DNA of 64,000 nucleotides from positions 7,254,001 to 7,318,000 of the forward strand of contig CM120643.1 in assembly GCA_051362555.1 (NCBI GenBank), written 5' to 3'. The notes beneath the pieces are model-generated. The model was not told where the DNA came from. It searched no databases and saw only the letters and a list, made by a program, of their open reading frames with translations. This stretch comes from Lingula anatina (Eukaryota > Animalia > Brachiopoda). The number at the start of each line of letters is the position of its first letter. Position 1 is the first letter of the stretch. Of the stretch, positions 12,413 to 25,000 are shown in pieces. The position numbers and the translations under genes are program-made.

Positions 12413-12784
12413 GTATTGTACTTTGATAGGAAATTGTTTTGAATTATGATCTGCCTCAGTTTCATGTTCCTCCCAGACGGAGGCAACTTCACATTGAGCA
12501 TAGTGTTGCCGATACAGTCGAATGTAAACATGATTACCAGCCAAATTCAATAAGAAAACAGTGTACACTCCATAGAATCTCATCTCCCATTATTCATGAC
12601 AAACCACTTTTTCCAAAAGTGACAGAAAAAATGAATATTTTAGGATACCAAAACCAGTATGTCCTAAAAATAAGAAGGACAGAGGGGAACCCAGCAATTT
12701 GCCCAAGAAATTTTATTTTGATGGAAATTGTGATAACTGGGAGTCTTTCAAAAATAGGTTTGAAAGTTATCGCCAGTTAAAAGA

Positions 12785-13435
12785 ATAGTTGGAAAATGTA
12801 GCCATTGGTTTCCACCTGAGGCTAGCCAGCAAGCTTTCTCAGGGCAATCTAGAGCAGGCAATTAAGACTTTCACAGAGTTGGTTAAGATGCCGCTAGTAA
12901 CAGCTTTTGGCATGGTAGGTTTCGACCACACTGAAGCCATGTCTAAATGGCAGGATCAGGTTGAGTTGCTATACAGACCTCTGCCTTTTCTAGAGGCCAG
13001 GCATGTCCTGGTGGTGCACTATAGGGGAGTGAGGGGAGATTCTGGAGACCATGAGTTTGCCATAAGATCTCTTTTGTTTCATCTGAAACAGTGTGGCGTT
13101 CCGCAGTCCCAGAGGATCCATTTTCACTGCTTTACAGGCACAAAAGCCCCTCTGGAAATTTGGGGAAGGCAGCAACCAAATACCTATTTTGGTTTCACCG
13201 GGGTTGCTGCCACCTTTAACAAAAACCAACTAGCAGCACTTAGGGCGGTGCCTGACTCCAAACTTCTTTTGGAGTCTGATGCCCCCTATTTCGCTCACAA
13301 AAAGGGGGGGCCATTCAACACCTTTCACTATCTATGAAACGGCAGAGATTTTGGCAGGGCACAGAGGGGTAGTTTTCTCTCACATTTTAAAAAATTACTA
13401 CTCAAAATGGTACTTCCTTATATAAAAGGGAGTAA
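12785..13435 (+). pseudogene. Intronless TatD-family metallo-DNase fragment, probably mobile-element cargo
   Basis: Motifs AIGFH, GMVGFD (GEIGLD position), LVVHYR, IHFHCFTG, YFGF and LLLESDAPYF. After a frameshift it continues ETAEILAGHRG...TTQNGTSLY to TAA at 13433-13435. The N-terminal HxH motif is absent. Confidence 0.85.
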
Positions 13436-14090
13436 CCAGGAATTTGGAAAAATTGAAAGTATGACAAAACTTTAATTTTGGGCATTTCTAAAAAGTTCTA
13501 AAAAATATAACTTCTTAGCACTATAAATTCAAAAAGAAAAATTCAAATTTCACTGAAGCCCCTCTCCTCTTCCTGATCTGGCAGATCATCGGAGCTATGA
13601 AAGTTACCATCAGTATATTTACCATATTCATTTATTTATTTGATTATCATTCATTATTTACTTATATATCAATTTACAGATACACTGATGCACAAGAGCA
13701 CTATGGCACCTGCAGCCCTTAGATATATATCCATCACTTATCATGTTATGTACACAAATGTGTGTATTTCAGAAGCACTTATTGCATTATTGTGTTTATA
13801 TAATTAGGTACAGTGCACCAGCACAAGTGTTTATTTATTTCTATTATATTATTTATTTAGTATTCTGATCTTCCGTCAAATCCAAGGAATGTCCCCAACT
13901 TTAATTTCACTTTTTGGCTTTCCAGTATTTATTTTTGTGGATAGACTATCACTGTATCAGTGATGTGACCAACTGCTGAATCAACAGTTGTCACCGTTTA
14001 ATCCTATATTTTTTCTCGTCAGACTATCACTGCGATGATGTCGTTAGCATTAACGTCAGTCTGATCGGGGTTGGAGGCCACTGTTATTGA

Positions 14091-14094
14091 ATAA

Positions 14095-14166
<72 letters not shown>

Positions 14167-14178
14167 TTATTTTTTTTA
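14091..14178. repeat. A-tract/(AT)n/T-tract perfect palindrome-forming microsatellite
   Basis: A-run, then (AT)~27, then T-run. Confidence 0.9.
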
Positions 14179-15169
14179 CAAGTTTAAACATGTATTGTTA
14201 TTTTTTACGTTTTACCTCAGATGTTTCCAGGAATCCAGATCTACTGTATAACACTTATAACACTAGGATCACCGGATCCCTTTGTCTATCCTCTACCTCT
14301 TGACTCTGAAGCTACTTCCTCTCTCTCTCTCTCTCTCTCTCTCTCAAACATCCCGCCCATCTGTCGCTTTCAATCCCAAGACTTCCGGTACCAGATCACT
14401 GCACAAAGTACTCACCCTTTTGTCATCAAGAATGTCTTTGAATGCAGTTAAATAGATTCCGGAATCGTGGAATCTCCTAATGTTTTTTAGATCAAACTTT
14501 TATGGTAACTTATAAATATATCTTGTCCTTGGAATAACGTTATTTCACGTGTAAAATTTTCCCGCTCCGCCTAAGCCCGACTAAGTAGGTCAAAGAAAAC
14601 CCGCAGTGAATACTGTGTCGCATCTCGGTACATCCAGTCACAAGAAGCGCCGCAGTTTTGCTCTGCGTCCAAGTTGTTATATCTTTTGATTTTTCATTTA
14701 GATATGATATTATTGATTATTGATTGAGAAAATATTTTCACAAAAAGGTAATTCAATTTTTAACTGTTATTATTATTATTTTCTTTTTGCTTCAACTTTT
14801 GCTGGATCTCAGCTAACACAACGCTCAATTTGAGCAAATGGAGCATTTAAGGACCTTCACATTTAGAGTAATTACCATTAAAAGTATAATAAACGTACTT
14901 GGAAATATTCTAAAGTCAATTTTTGCCTAAATATCCTGCAAAGCTTCTAGTACCTGTACTTTACTTTTGTAGACTGCGCTAGTAGGCTTTATATTAGATG
15001 CGCGTTCATTTTTCTTCAAAACGTCTGAATTTTTTCCTTAATTCCAAGTATACTTTCTTAATGCCTGGTAACAAAGGTTTTGCAAATTGCTTTCTAAGAG
15101 AAAGCAGCTTTGTCGTGTTTCGTGTAAAACATTTGACTGTGCCCTATTAACGTATCGTCCATCTAATCA

Positions 15170-15462
15170 TGAGGGCCCGCTGGAAGGAGGGGAGGTAGTG
15201 ATAACAGTTCACGGCCACAGGAAATAGAATAATCAAATCACAAATCACATAGGCCTAAATTCATTTAAAACTTTATTCACATCTCATTGAAAATGCTAGT
15301 CCGGCGAGCTGAAAATAACTATCATCGAGTATAATGACTTCGTTCCATTAAAGACGAGGAATAGAAACCCGCAATTAACGATTCACAGGAATGGGGTGCT
15401 TCACATCTCGGGGAATGATAAGTGGCTGTTACGGGTAAGGAAAATACCCAACGGGGCCTTCA
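15170..15462. mobile_element. Putative MITE with GAGGGCCC...GGGCCTTC ends (Sola-like)
   Basis: Imperfect terminal inverted repeats tgagggcccgctgg / ccaacggggccttca and internal tcac motifs; TSD not convincing. Confidence 0.35.
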
Positions 15463-16171
15463 GTCATTGTCTTAACTAAAATGAAGATTTTATTAATTAC
15501 TTAAATTTTTCAAAAGCATCAAACAACTAAAATTAATGTGCTGCGGCATGGACAAATTACGAATAGGCCTATTATGTCCAAGTCTGTAGAAAAAATACGC
15601 CACGGAGGATTTCTCAGTTTTTAAAAGCCGGGTGACACCGAGAAAGTAGCTGCAAGCTGTTTATTGTGTTATTTAAGAAAAACATTCTAGACGTTTTCTT
15701 AGACGTAAGACATTTTACTTGCTTCCTAACAAGTTCTTATTTTCTTAACTTTATTGAAAATAAACGTATAGGCAAATGTGAAATGGTGTTGCGAGCGACA
15801 CAGAAAATTGAGTCTGCATTTCGTGTTTTAAAGATAATAAGCACAAGTGCTGAGCTAACGTATGCAACGATTTTCATGTCCATCGAAAGACACACTAAAG
15901 AAAGAGCGAGAGAGACAGAATGTTATTAGGCCTATTATTAATCTACACAACGTACCTCCGACCGTGTTGGGAGTTCGACCCACTTGAGGACTCAGATGAT
16001 AGCTGTCGTCAATACTGCTTTTGCTTAACGTATATAACAAACGCGATCGCCCTTTGCGTTCAAATCATACAAAGAAATATTTCTTTAAAAATTTATTAAA
16101 GGTATTTTTAAATTTTATACATATCTGTGAATATCTAGGGAAAATTCCATCTGCGGCTCGAGTAGAGTGTA

Positions 16172-16202
<31 letters not shown>

Positions 16203-16379
16203 TCCGATTGTCTCTGGCCGAATTCACAAGCAATTGATCCTCGGACCAGAATCAGATTACCAACCTCTATGATAATTAATTGTTATGACTGATAAATAAA
16301 ACTGCAGATTTTCATTCGACCGCATTTTTCGTATCTTTACGAAAAAATATATATATTGATAACGCATCTATAAAGGTTA

Positions 16380-16705
16380 ACTCTGAAAGATAAAAAATGC
16401 CCGAGCTTTTGGCTTGTGAACCTTCTTCAGGTACCAAAACAAGAATAAACAAGCAAACTACTGGTATAAGTGGCGTATAATGCATGTAAAAGGGACACGA
16501 AGTTAGAAGTGCGTGATAAAGGTTAACGTTTTGAAAATTACGTAATAATAAAAAACAAGAATAATATTCGTTGAGATATTCATTGTCTCTATAAAGTCCT
16601 TTTTAGAAGTGTCTAATATTTTTATGAACGTCTTCTCGACAATCCGACTTTGTCTTGTGTCGCGTATGTGTCCTTTTAAAATGGTGACTGTTTGTACTGT
16701 GGTGG
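16380..16705 (-). mobile_element. Penelope-like retroelement 3' remnant (GIY-YIG C-terminus) with pseudo-LTR
   Basis: The - strand reads VTILKGHIRDTRQSRIVEKTFIKILDTSKKG(L)..RD, like the E..I..L.T...GLNxD end of the Penelope endonuclease, followed by a hammerhead motif. Confidence 0.6.
16398..16436 (-). ncRNA. Degenerate minimal hammerhead ribozyme core (Penelope-associated)
   Basis: The - strand reads ggtacCTGAAGAaggttcacaagccAAAAgctcgggc: a CUGANGA box, stem II, and a GAAA box mutated to AAAA. Confidence 0.5.
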
Positions 16706-17951
16706 TTCTTGATGCGAGTTTTAAGGGCGTAAGACAGCTTTTTTTCTATCGTTTTCACTTTTAATTACTATTAGTTCTATTACTGTACATAGCTACCAAT
16801 TATCTGCGCTTTAAGCTTGTACTTTTTATTACAGATACAAGCAAGGCAAGCAAAAAGTCTCTGGCAGTGAATTGTGAACTGTTGCTGCTACCACTTCTAC
16901 ATAAAGTAGATATTGCAAACAAACATCGGCACATGAATCAATAAGATATCAGACAACTTTCATGGAAAATAAACTGAAATTAAAGCTGGATCTTCTTTTA
17001 TCTATTATCATTTCGCATTTACGTTAAATCTCGGCACGTACGTCTTCATCACCATCATACTTCAGTCGCAGTCCGAAGCGACGAAGTTCGAACAGTGCAC
17101 ATCAAAACCATAAATAGCTAGGAGTCCTTACATAGGAAACATCGCACTAGAGAACGGGTTTAATTAAGGCATTCTTGTTGGCGGTATTGTCACTAATTTA
17201 TAGAATCATGAACAAATCTGGATGACTCTATCTATAACAAATTTGAACTTGAAGTAATTATTACCTAAAAACAAACAAACAAACAAAAAAAATACTTTTC
17301 AGAATAACACAAGAAAAATTAATGAAAAGAACGAAGGCAAAATAATTTTAAATTAAAAATGGAATCTGAACAACAAATACAGCTTCAAGCAAATGGAAAT
17401 GAAAATAGAATATACACACCCTTGACTTACGAGTTAAGCTACAATTAATTTTCAAAATAGTGGCGGTACCTTGTCAATGTATGGCAGGACTACGTGAAAA
17501 CGACAATCACCCTCCCCTACACATACACTAAACACACGTGTACACGCGCGCGCTCACACGCACAGGCTCATCGTCGAAGAGGGGGAGAACCAAATTCAAT
17601 CATTGAAGTTGTACATCGGTTCACTATTTGTCCTAAGTAAATCATCATAAAATAAACGAATCAGATCAAAATTACAATAAAGCGCGGAATGTGCAGACCA
17701 GCATAATCAACACCTGTGGGTTTGGATACAAAACTGCTCTTCCCCGTTACCAACGCTCTCAATTCAGGTCCATCTTTTAAAATAAAATGTTTTATTGTAT
17801 ATAAAAAAAAACATGTACAAAACAACATACTTCGGTCGATAATCTAGCAGTGTGTAATACTGTGCATGAACCCAAATATGTTGTAGATGTAGCATTATCA
17901 AAATAGAAATACCATATCTTCTTGAACATGAAAAGTCACATTAGAATTCTC

Positions 17952-17983
<32 letters not shown>

Positions 17984-18754
17984 TCCCACCAATACGCCCC
18001 ATTTCTATTGATACCATCAAACTCAGCGTGTGTAGGAGTGTGAAAACTCAAGTAGATCAAAAGTTCACGGATAGGATATGCCATGTAAGGATTCATAGGG
18101 GAGATAGGTAATCTCCTTTTGCTCTTTTTTTTTAACCTGTCAATTTTGAGAAGAAATACAGTCAATCGGTGTCTCTCATTGCACTTAGTCAATATAAATT
18201 CAAATATGTTTAAAAAAATCTTTCCTTTATCACGTAATTCGTCAGATGTAATAAAATACAGCATTTCCCTAGAAAACCTTTACCCCCTCTTGTGAATGCA
18301 ATGTGCCGTCTGCAGAGCTCAGCGTCTGCTACCACGCTGGATGCTTCGCGGTTCCCGGGAATTGAACAGTTAACGCGGTCCGAAAAATTTTAGGGAGAGT
18401 CAGATGAAATATAGAGGGACCGTGGCATCTATAAAGTTCTACGTTATGAAGCTGGAGATGTGGGCTAGTTTTACTCTTTTCTTTCAAAATTTGCAATATA
18501 CTCTGACTTTCAGTACCCGCATGCAACCAAAATATTTTGCTGGTATCTTGATACATCTCCCACTTGTGTCTCCCCCATAAAACGGTCCACACTAAAAAAT
18601 CAATAATCGTATGGCAATTTTATACAGGCAATTGACCTACTTTTAAACCGGTGCAGCTATTGTCGAGTTTTATGGCTGTGGAGTGAAAACGTGATACACG
18701 TCTGTGATATAAAAATTATTTCTAATTATTTCTAATTACATAATTTACAAACTA

Positions 18755-18900
18755 GACTTCATGTGTAATATTGCATTATTGTAGATATGTTATTGTCCTT
18801 ACACAGTCGGAGAATAGCTGTAAAGCTAATGTTTCCATTCAATTTATAACCGACATGAAATAAAATTTATTGTATTGTATTGTATTGTTTTGTATTGTAT
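18755..18900 (+). mobile_element. 5'-truncated retroposon 3' tail with (TTGTA)n, present only in duplication copy 1
   Basis: aataaaa followed by ttgtattgtattgt...; absent from the aligned site near 45135. Confidence 0.55.
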
Positions 18901-19364
18901 AGTGCATGTGGATCAAAGGTGTCCCGATTTGTGAGCAAAATAAGTCATTACTTTTTGAAAATAATGAAAAAATTGGAGACAAGCCAAAATCAGAAAAAAA
19001 TGCATTTTTTCTCTTATATGCAAATTAGGTTCCTTGAAGTAATATAAGACTGGCCAGAAGTGAGGTTGATATCAGAGATTTGTAATGATGATGATGATCT
19101 TGATGGCCTTAAAGATCTTAATGGTGGTTCAAAAATATTATCAAAGTTTTCAGTTGTCATCTGGTAAGAAAGATATTTTCTGCACTAACACAATCATTCC
19201 ACGAGTGAAAAATAATTAGTAAACGCGCCTCAGAGATGCGCTGCAGACGTCACGGCTTTTGGGCGAAAATCACACGCGACATTTCGTCATAATTATTTAA
19301 TATAGGTAAAAAACTGTGATTGAAAATGGATATCGGCAAAGCATTAAAATTTTGACAGCATTTC

Positions 19365-19531
19365 CAGGCCCGTAGCCAGGAGGGGTTCGGGGGGTTCGAA
19401 AGAACCGCCCCTTTTGCTGGGCTAAGGTCCACTCGGGGTAAAATTTGATCTAGGTACATGAAGTTTTTATGGGAAAAGGTCCACTTTTTCAGAAAAAGAA
19501 CCCCCCTTTTGAAATTGCTGGCTACGGGCCT
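19365..19531. mobile_element. hAT-like MITE with 5-bp TSD (ATTTC)
   Basis: TIRs caggcccgtagccag / ctggctacgggcctg; atttc on both sides; empty site in copy 2 near 45620. Confidence 0.85.
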
Positions 19532-20587
19532 GATTTCTGTTTATTTGTGTTCGACAAGGATGAATTTAATTAGAATACCCTCTCTCTCTTTTTAAGCGAA
19601 TATAAAGGAGAAAGCCGAGCGAAAAAAAATAATGCGCATAACAGTCAAATTATTCAGAAGTAAAAAAATTCAGAGTTAAAAAATCTTGTTGGCCACTACA
19701 GTTCCTCTTCATAGAGGATCACATGCAAAATGTTAAGGCAACTTGTAGCCTTTTCAATTGATGTTGTAAAGTAAATGACTTACACTTTCACTAACTGCAG
19801 ATAAAGATTATAACGGAATCAAACAAGTTAAAGGATAGGGAGTTATTGAGTGTTGCGCCGACAGACAACTCACAATGTAAATAACAACAACAACAACAAC
19901 AATCTACACGCAATATGGTAACGTGTATATCGGTAACGCAGTGGCAGATTAAGAGGTTTCTGAAAATATATTGCACCAATATTCCCCTCTTGAAATTAGA
20001 ATTTTGTCTAACCTTTGTATATTTTTAATTGGAAAATCTACTTATTGATATTATTCCATTTTTTCACAAAAATTATTTGTTTTTCTTATAAAAATTAAAG
20101 TGAAAGGGAATAGATTAGAGGGAGAAAAAGAGCAACAATTGAACATACATACCGGTATTTCCCCCAAAAATATCCTTTATTACAGTGAAATAATGAAGAA
20201 CATACATACTATTGGCATGCATGTACCAAAAACAAAAAGACTTTCACTAGTATCTAAAAATGAAAATCAATATATCTTCATACATAAAGAACAATGCATC
20301 ACCTCCAAAAGAATTAACAAAATTTCAAGTATGACATTACAGTATGGACAGACCTGTATTCAAACAAATAAAAAATACATCAATAGAACAATTTTAAATA
20401 TCTAATTTCCTTGATCTGAAAACAGTAAAGGGAACGAACCTGACAAACTACACTGATATAATTTTATTTCCATTTCTTATTCTTTATTTCACAATACACG
20501 CTAACAGATTTACCATCATTTTAATATAAATAACTAACAAAATTGTTAAGATGCAGAAAATGTCAAAAGAACATGTTTACATATGCA

Positions 20588-20870
20588 ACTAAAAAAGCAC
20601 TCCCAGAGTGCAGACCTCTGCCAAGTCAACAAAGTCTCCACACAATGCCGTTTCACCCCTAAATTTTCATTCTATAATAATAAATTTTTTTATTTTTGAT
20701 TATTGATTGATTATTGATTGATTATTGATCCGAATCACCACCAAAAACTATTCATCTGTTCTTTGGCCCACTTCTGACAGTTACTGAAAATTTCATCAAA
20801 ATTAGCTTTTTGAGTTATGTGGATGACAGACAAACAGGGGTGAAATCATAACCTCCTTGGCAGAGGTAAT
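20588..20870 (-). mobile_element. Short HINE/Helentron non-autonomous element
   Basis: Sub-TIRs acctctgccaag (~20614) and cttggcagaggt (~20856), gcactc..gagtgc hairpin, (ATTG)n and gacagaca microsatellites. It interrupts a repeat that is also present uninterrupted at ~1440-1680. Confidence 0.75.
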
Positions 20871-21460
20871 TAGTTCAATAATGAGACGGTTAACATGCCA
20901 AAGAATTGAAAATAGCATAGGTGACAGCAATGTACAGACATGGCTGATAATAAAAATCATATTTAAGTGAATGTTCCAATGGTGTGGGACAAATTTTCTT
21001 CCAGCCTTCTTAAAGCTTTTATATTTGTACAACATTAATAAAATTTCCACCTGAAGACGTCTATACAAATGTCACATGACATACAGTTTAAAGCCAGAAG
21101 GAAAAAGCATTATTAAGTCTTGTATATTGTAAAATTAAAATTGATCTTCTACCCTTTTCTGAACCAAGACAAAAGTTCTTGGAATGTTGAGTACACCAAG
21201 GAAGCCAACACAGATGTATTTCTAGGATTATGTATTAAAACAAACTGCAAAGTGCTATTTTGGATTTTCATCTGGATTCTTAATTTCAACTCTGCTGTTA
21301 CATTGACTAAGCTGTATCATTTCCCTCACATTTTTAAATAAAACAAAAATATCATTATTACAGGTCAGATAATACTTGTCATGGAACTTTTTTGTTGGTT
21401 GTATTTGCCTTAGAACTTCTTTTAATTCAGTCCATTAATCCAGTTAATATATGTGCTAAC

Positions 21461-21666
21461 GGTATCAGGACAATTCCCCCCCCCCCCGGACGATTCCCCC
21501 CGAAGAATATATATTAATGGTGTGGGACAAATAATATTAATAAAATGGCTGAAATATTTTAAACTTTACACTTTCTACTTTATATTTGTTTATAAATATA
21601 TATTTCTTGGGGGGGAATCGTCCGGGGGGGGGGGGGGGGGGGGGGGGGGATTGTCCTGATAGAATC
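21461..21666. mobile_element. MITE with ggacaattcccccc/ggggggattgtcc arms (MULE-like)
   Basis: Inverted C-rich/G-rich arms; near-identical 8-bp flanks gtgctaac / gtggtaac. Confidence 0.7.
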
Positions 21667-22039
21667 GTGGTAACTACTATGTAACAATACAGTCTCATGG
21701 TTACGTCTTGCAATCTGTATAGCCTACAGATTAATCAAGATTTAAAAAATCTGTTTATTGATTTCTTATTGTTAGATTAGCAACAAATAAACCAAATATT
21801 GGTATGAGAGTTCTTTGAGGAATATTTTATGTGCAAGCATGTGGGCTAAAGTTTCTGCAAACAGAACATCAGCACAAACACTATATTCAAACAGGAGGAC
21901 TGACTCTTTAATAGCATAACATTTTATCTGGAATTATTTAGTAAACAGGAATTCCAATTCTTCAGCAGAGTTGGAAAGCTTCACCCATAAAAGAACAAAT
22001 ATATTATATGGGTTTAATATAACACTTCATAATAAAGTT

Positions 22040-25000
22040 CCATCATAACTACCAACATCTATTCTGCTTTGTGCGAGACATATTTCCTCTCAACACATGG
22101 ATAAGACAAAGTGCTGCTCTTGGTGCTGTCTTTCACTGCCTGCTTTTTCATGGTAAGGGTACTCTGAAAAAAGAACAATATAACTGAAAATTACATTGGA
22201 AAGACTAGCAAATCCAAGGACTTAAAATAGTTAAACGTTAATAATTTTGTCAAATCTAGTCCAGTGTTTCTGAAATTTGTACAAATGATGCTTAACAACA
22301 ATAAAAATCTGTGATTAGATGATCTGTTGACTGCATCTAATGAAAAGTGTTTTTTGGGACAACATATTTGGGAAAACTGAAATTTACATTGAAAACACTA
22401 GCAAATCCCATGACTTAAAATAGTTAAACGTTAATAAAATTTTCAAATCTTGTCCAATATTTCTGAAATTGGTGCAAATGATGCTTAACAATAATAAAAA
22501 TCTGTGATTAGACGATCTGTTGACTGTATCTAATAAAAAGTGTTATTTGGGACAACATATTTGGGAAAAATGAAATTTACATTGAAAAGACTGGCAAATC
22601 TCATGGCTTAAAATAGTTAAACATTATTAATTTTGTCAAATCTGGTCAAATGTTTCTGAAATTTGTACAAATGATGCTTAACAACAATAAAAATCTGTGA
22701 TAAGCTGATCAAGTGACTGTGTCTAATGAAAAGTGTCTTTTTGTGACAATATATTTGGGAAAACTGAAATTTACATTGAAAAGACTGGCAAATCCAAGGA
22801 CTTCAAATAGTTAAACGTTAATAATTTTGTCAAATCTAGTCCAGTGTTTCTGAAATTTGTACAAATGATGCTTCACAACAATAAAAACCTGTGATAAGCT
22901 GATCAAATGACTGTGTCTAATGAAAAGTATCTACTTTCGACAATATCCTTGAAAAAACTGAAAATTATACTGAAAAATCAGGCAAATTCCATGGCTTAAA
23001 ATAGTTAAATGTTAATAATTTTGCAATGTGATTATAAAATAAAATAGCAAATGTGATGATTTGAGGTTGTTTGTGTAGGAGGTTGCAAATTACCTATAAC
23101 TGTTATCTGGAAAACAATATATACCCAAACAAGACTTCTCCTTACTATCAATGCCAGATGCAGATTACTCCTTACAATCGGTTTCTGGAATGGGTTGTTG
23201 TTATCATAACATTTGACAATGTCCTAAATCTTGCCACATATCATGTATTGTACACATGGATAAGACATAGTGCTGCTCTTGGTGCTGTCTTTCACTGCCT
23301 GCATCTTCATAGCAAGGGTAAATCTGGAAAAAGAAGAATATAACTGAAAAAACTGAAAATAACATAGAAAACGCTGGCAAATTCCATGACATAAAATAGT
23401 TAAATGTTAATAATTTTGTCAAATCTTGTCCAATATTTCTGAAATTTGTACAAATGATGCTTAACAACAATAAAAATCTGTGATAAGCTGATCAGTTGAC
23501 TGTGTCAAATGAAAAGTGTCTTTTTGTGACAATATATTTGGGAAAACTGAAATTTACATTGAAAAGACTGGCAAATCCAAGGACTTCAAATAGTTAAATG
23601 TTAATAATTTTGTTAAATCTTGTCCAATATTTCTGAAATTTGCACAAATGATGCATAACAACAAAAAAAAAAAAAAAAAAATCTGTGATTAGATGATCTG
23701 TTGACTGTATCTAATGAAAAGTGTTTTTTGGGGCAACATATTTGGGAAAACTGAAATTTACATTGAAAAGACTGGCAAATCTCATGGCTTAAAATAGTTA
23801 AACATTATTAATTTTGTCAAATCTGGTCAAATGTTTCTGAAATTTGTACAAATGATGCTTAACAACAATAAAAATCTGTGATAAGCTGATCAGTTGACTG
23901 TGTCAAATGAAAAGTGTCTTTTTGTGACAATATATTTGGGAAAACTGAAATTTACATTGAAAAGACTGGCAAATCCAAGGACTTCAAATAGTTAAACGTT
24001 AATGATTTTGTCAAATCTAGTCCAGTGTTTCTGAAATTTGTACAAATGATGCTTAACATCAATAAAAACCTGTGATAAGCTGATCAAATGACTGTGTCTA
24101 ATGAAAAGTATCTTCTTTCGACAATATCCTTGAAAAAACTGAAAATTACACTGAAAAATCTGACAAATTCCATGGCTTAAAATAGTTAAATGTTAATAAT
24201 TTTGCAATGTGATTATAAAATAAAATAGCAAATGTGATGATTTGAGGTTGTTTGTGTAGGAGGTTGCAAATTACCTATAACTGTTATCTGGAAAACAATA
24301 TATACCCAAACAAGACTTCTCCTTACTATCAATGTCAGATACAGATTACTCCTTACAATGGGTTTCTGGAATGGGTCGTTGCTATCACAGTATTTGACAA
24401 TGTCCTAAATCTTGCCACATATCATGTATTGTACACATGGATAAGACATAGTGCTGCTCTTGGTGCTGTCTTTCACTGCCTGCATCTTCATGGTAAGGGT
24501 ACTCTGGAAAAAGAACAATATAACTGAAAAAAACTGAAAATAACAAAGAAAACGCTGGCAAATTCCATGACAAAAAATAGTTAAATGTTAATAATTTTGT
24601 CAAATCTTGTCCAATATTTCTGAAATTTGTACAAATGATGCTTAACAACAATAAAAATCTGTGATTAGATGATCTGTTGACTGTATCTAATGAAAAGTGT
24701 TTTTTGGGGCAATATATTTGGGAAAACTGAAATTTACATTGAAAAGACTGGCAAATCTCATGGCTTAAAATAGTTAAACATTATTAATTTTGTCAAATCT
24801 GGTCAAATGTTTCTGAAATTTGTACAAATGATGCTTAACAACAATAAAAATCTGTGATAAGCTGATCAGTTGACTGTGTCAAATGAAAAGTGTCTTTTTG
24901 TGACAATATATTTGGGAAAACTGAAATTTACATTGAAAAGACTGGCAAATCCAAGGACTTCAAATAGTTAAACGTTAATAATTTTGTCAAATCTAGTCCA

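Larger units (their letters stand above)
16924..19750 (+). repeat. Copy 1 of a dispersed ~2.3-2.8 kb duplication (copy 2 at 43492-45815)
   Basis: Colinear blocks, e.g. atcggcacatga..tcaataa, cgtctgcagagctcagcgtctgc, cctcagagatgcgctgcagacgtcacggctttt and ggagaaagccgag. Confidence 0.9.

Noticed and set aside
12789-13337. Bacterial contamination or a functional tatD gene
   Set aside because: It is N-terminally truncated, frameshifted, has lost the conserved Glu, and is embedded in animal repeats with no operon context.
15955-16010. tRNA gene
   Set aside because: Only a B-box-like ggagttcgaccc is present; no cloverleaf can be built, so at most a SINE remnant.
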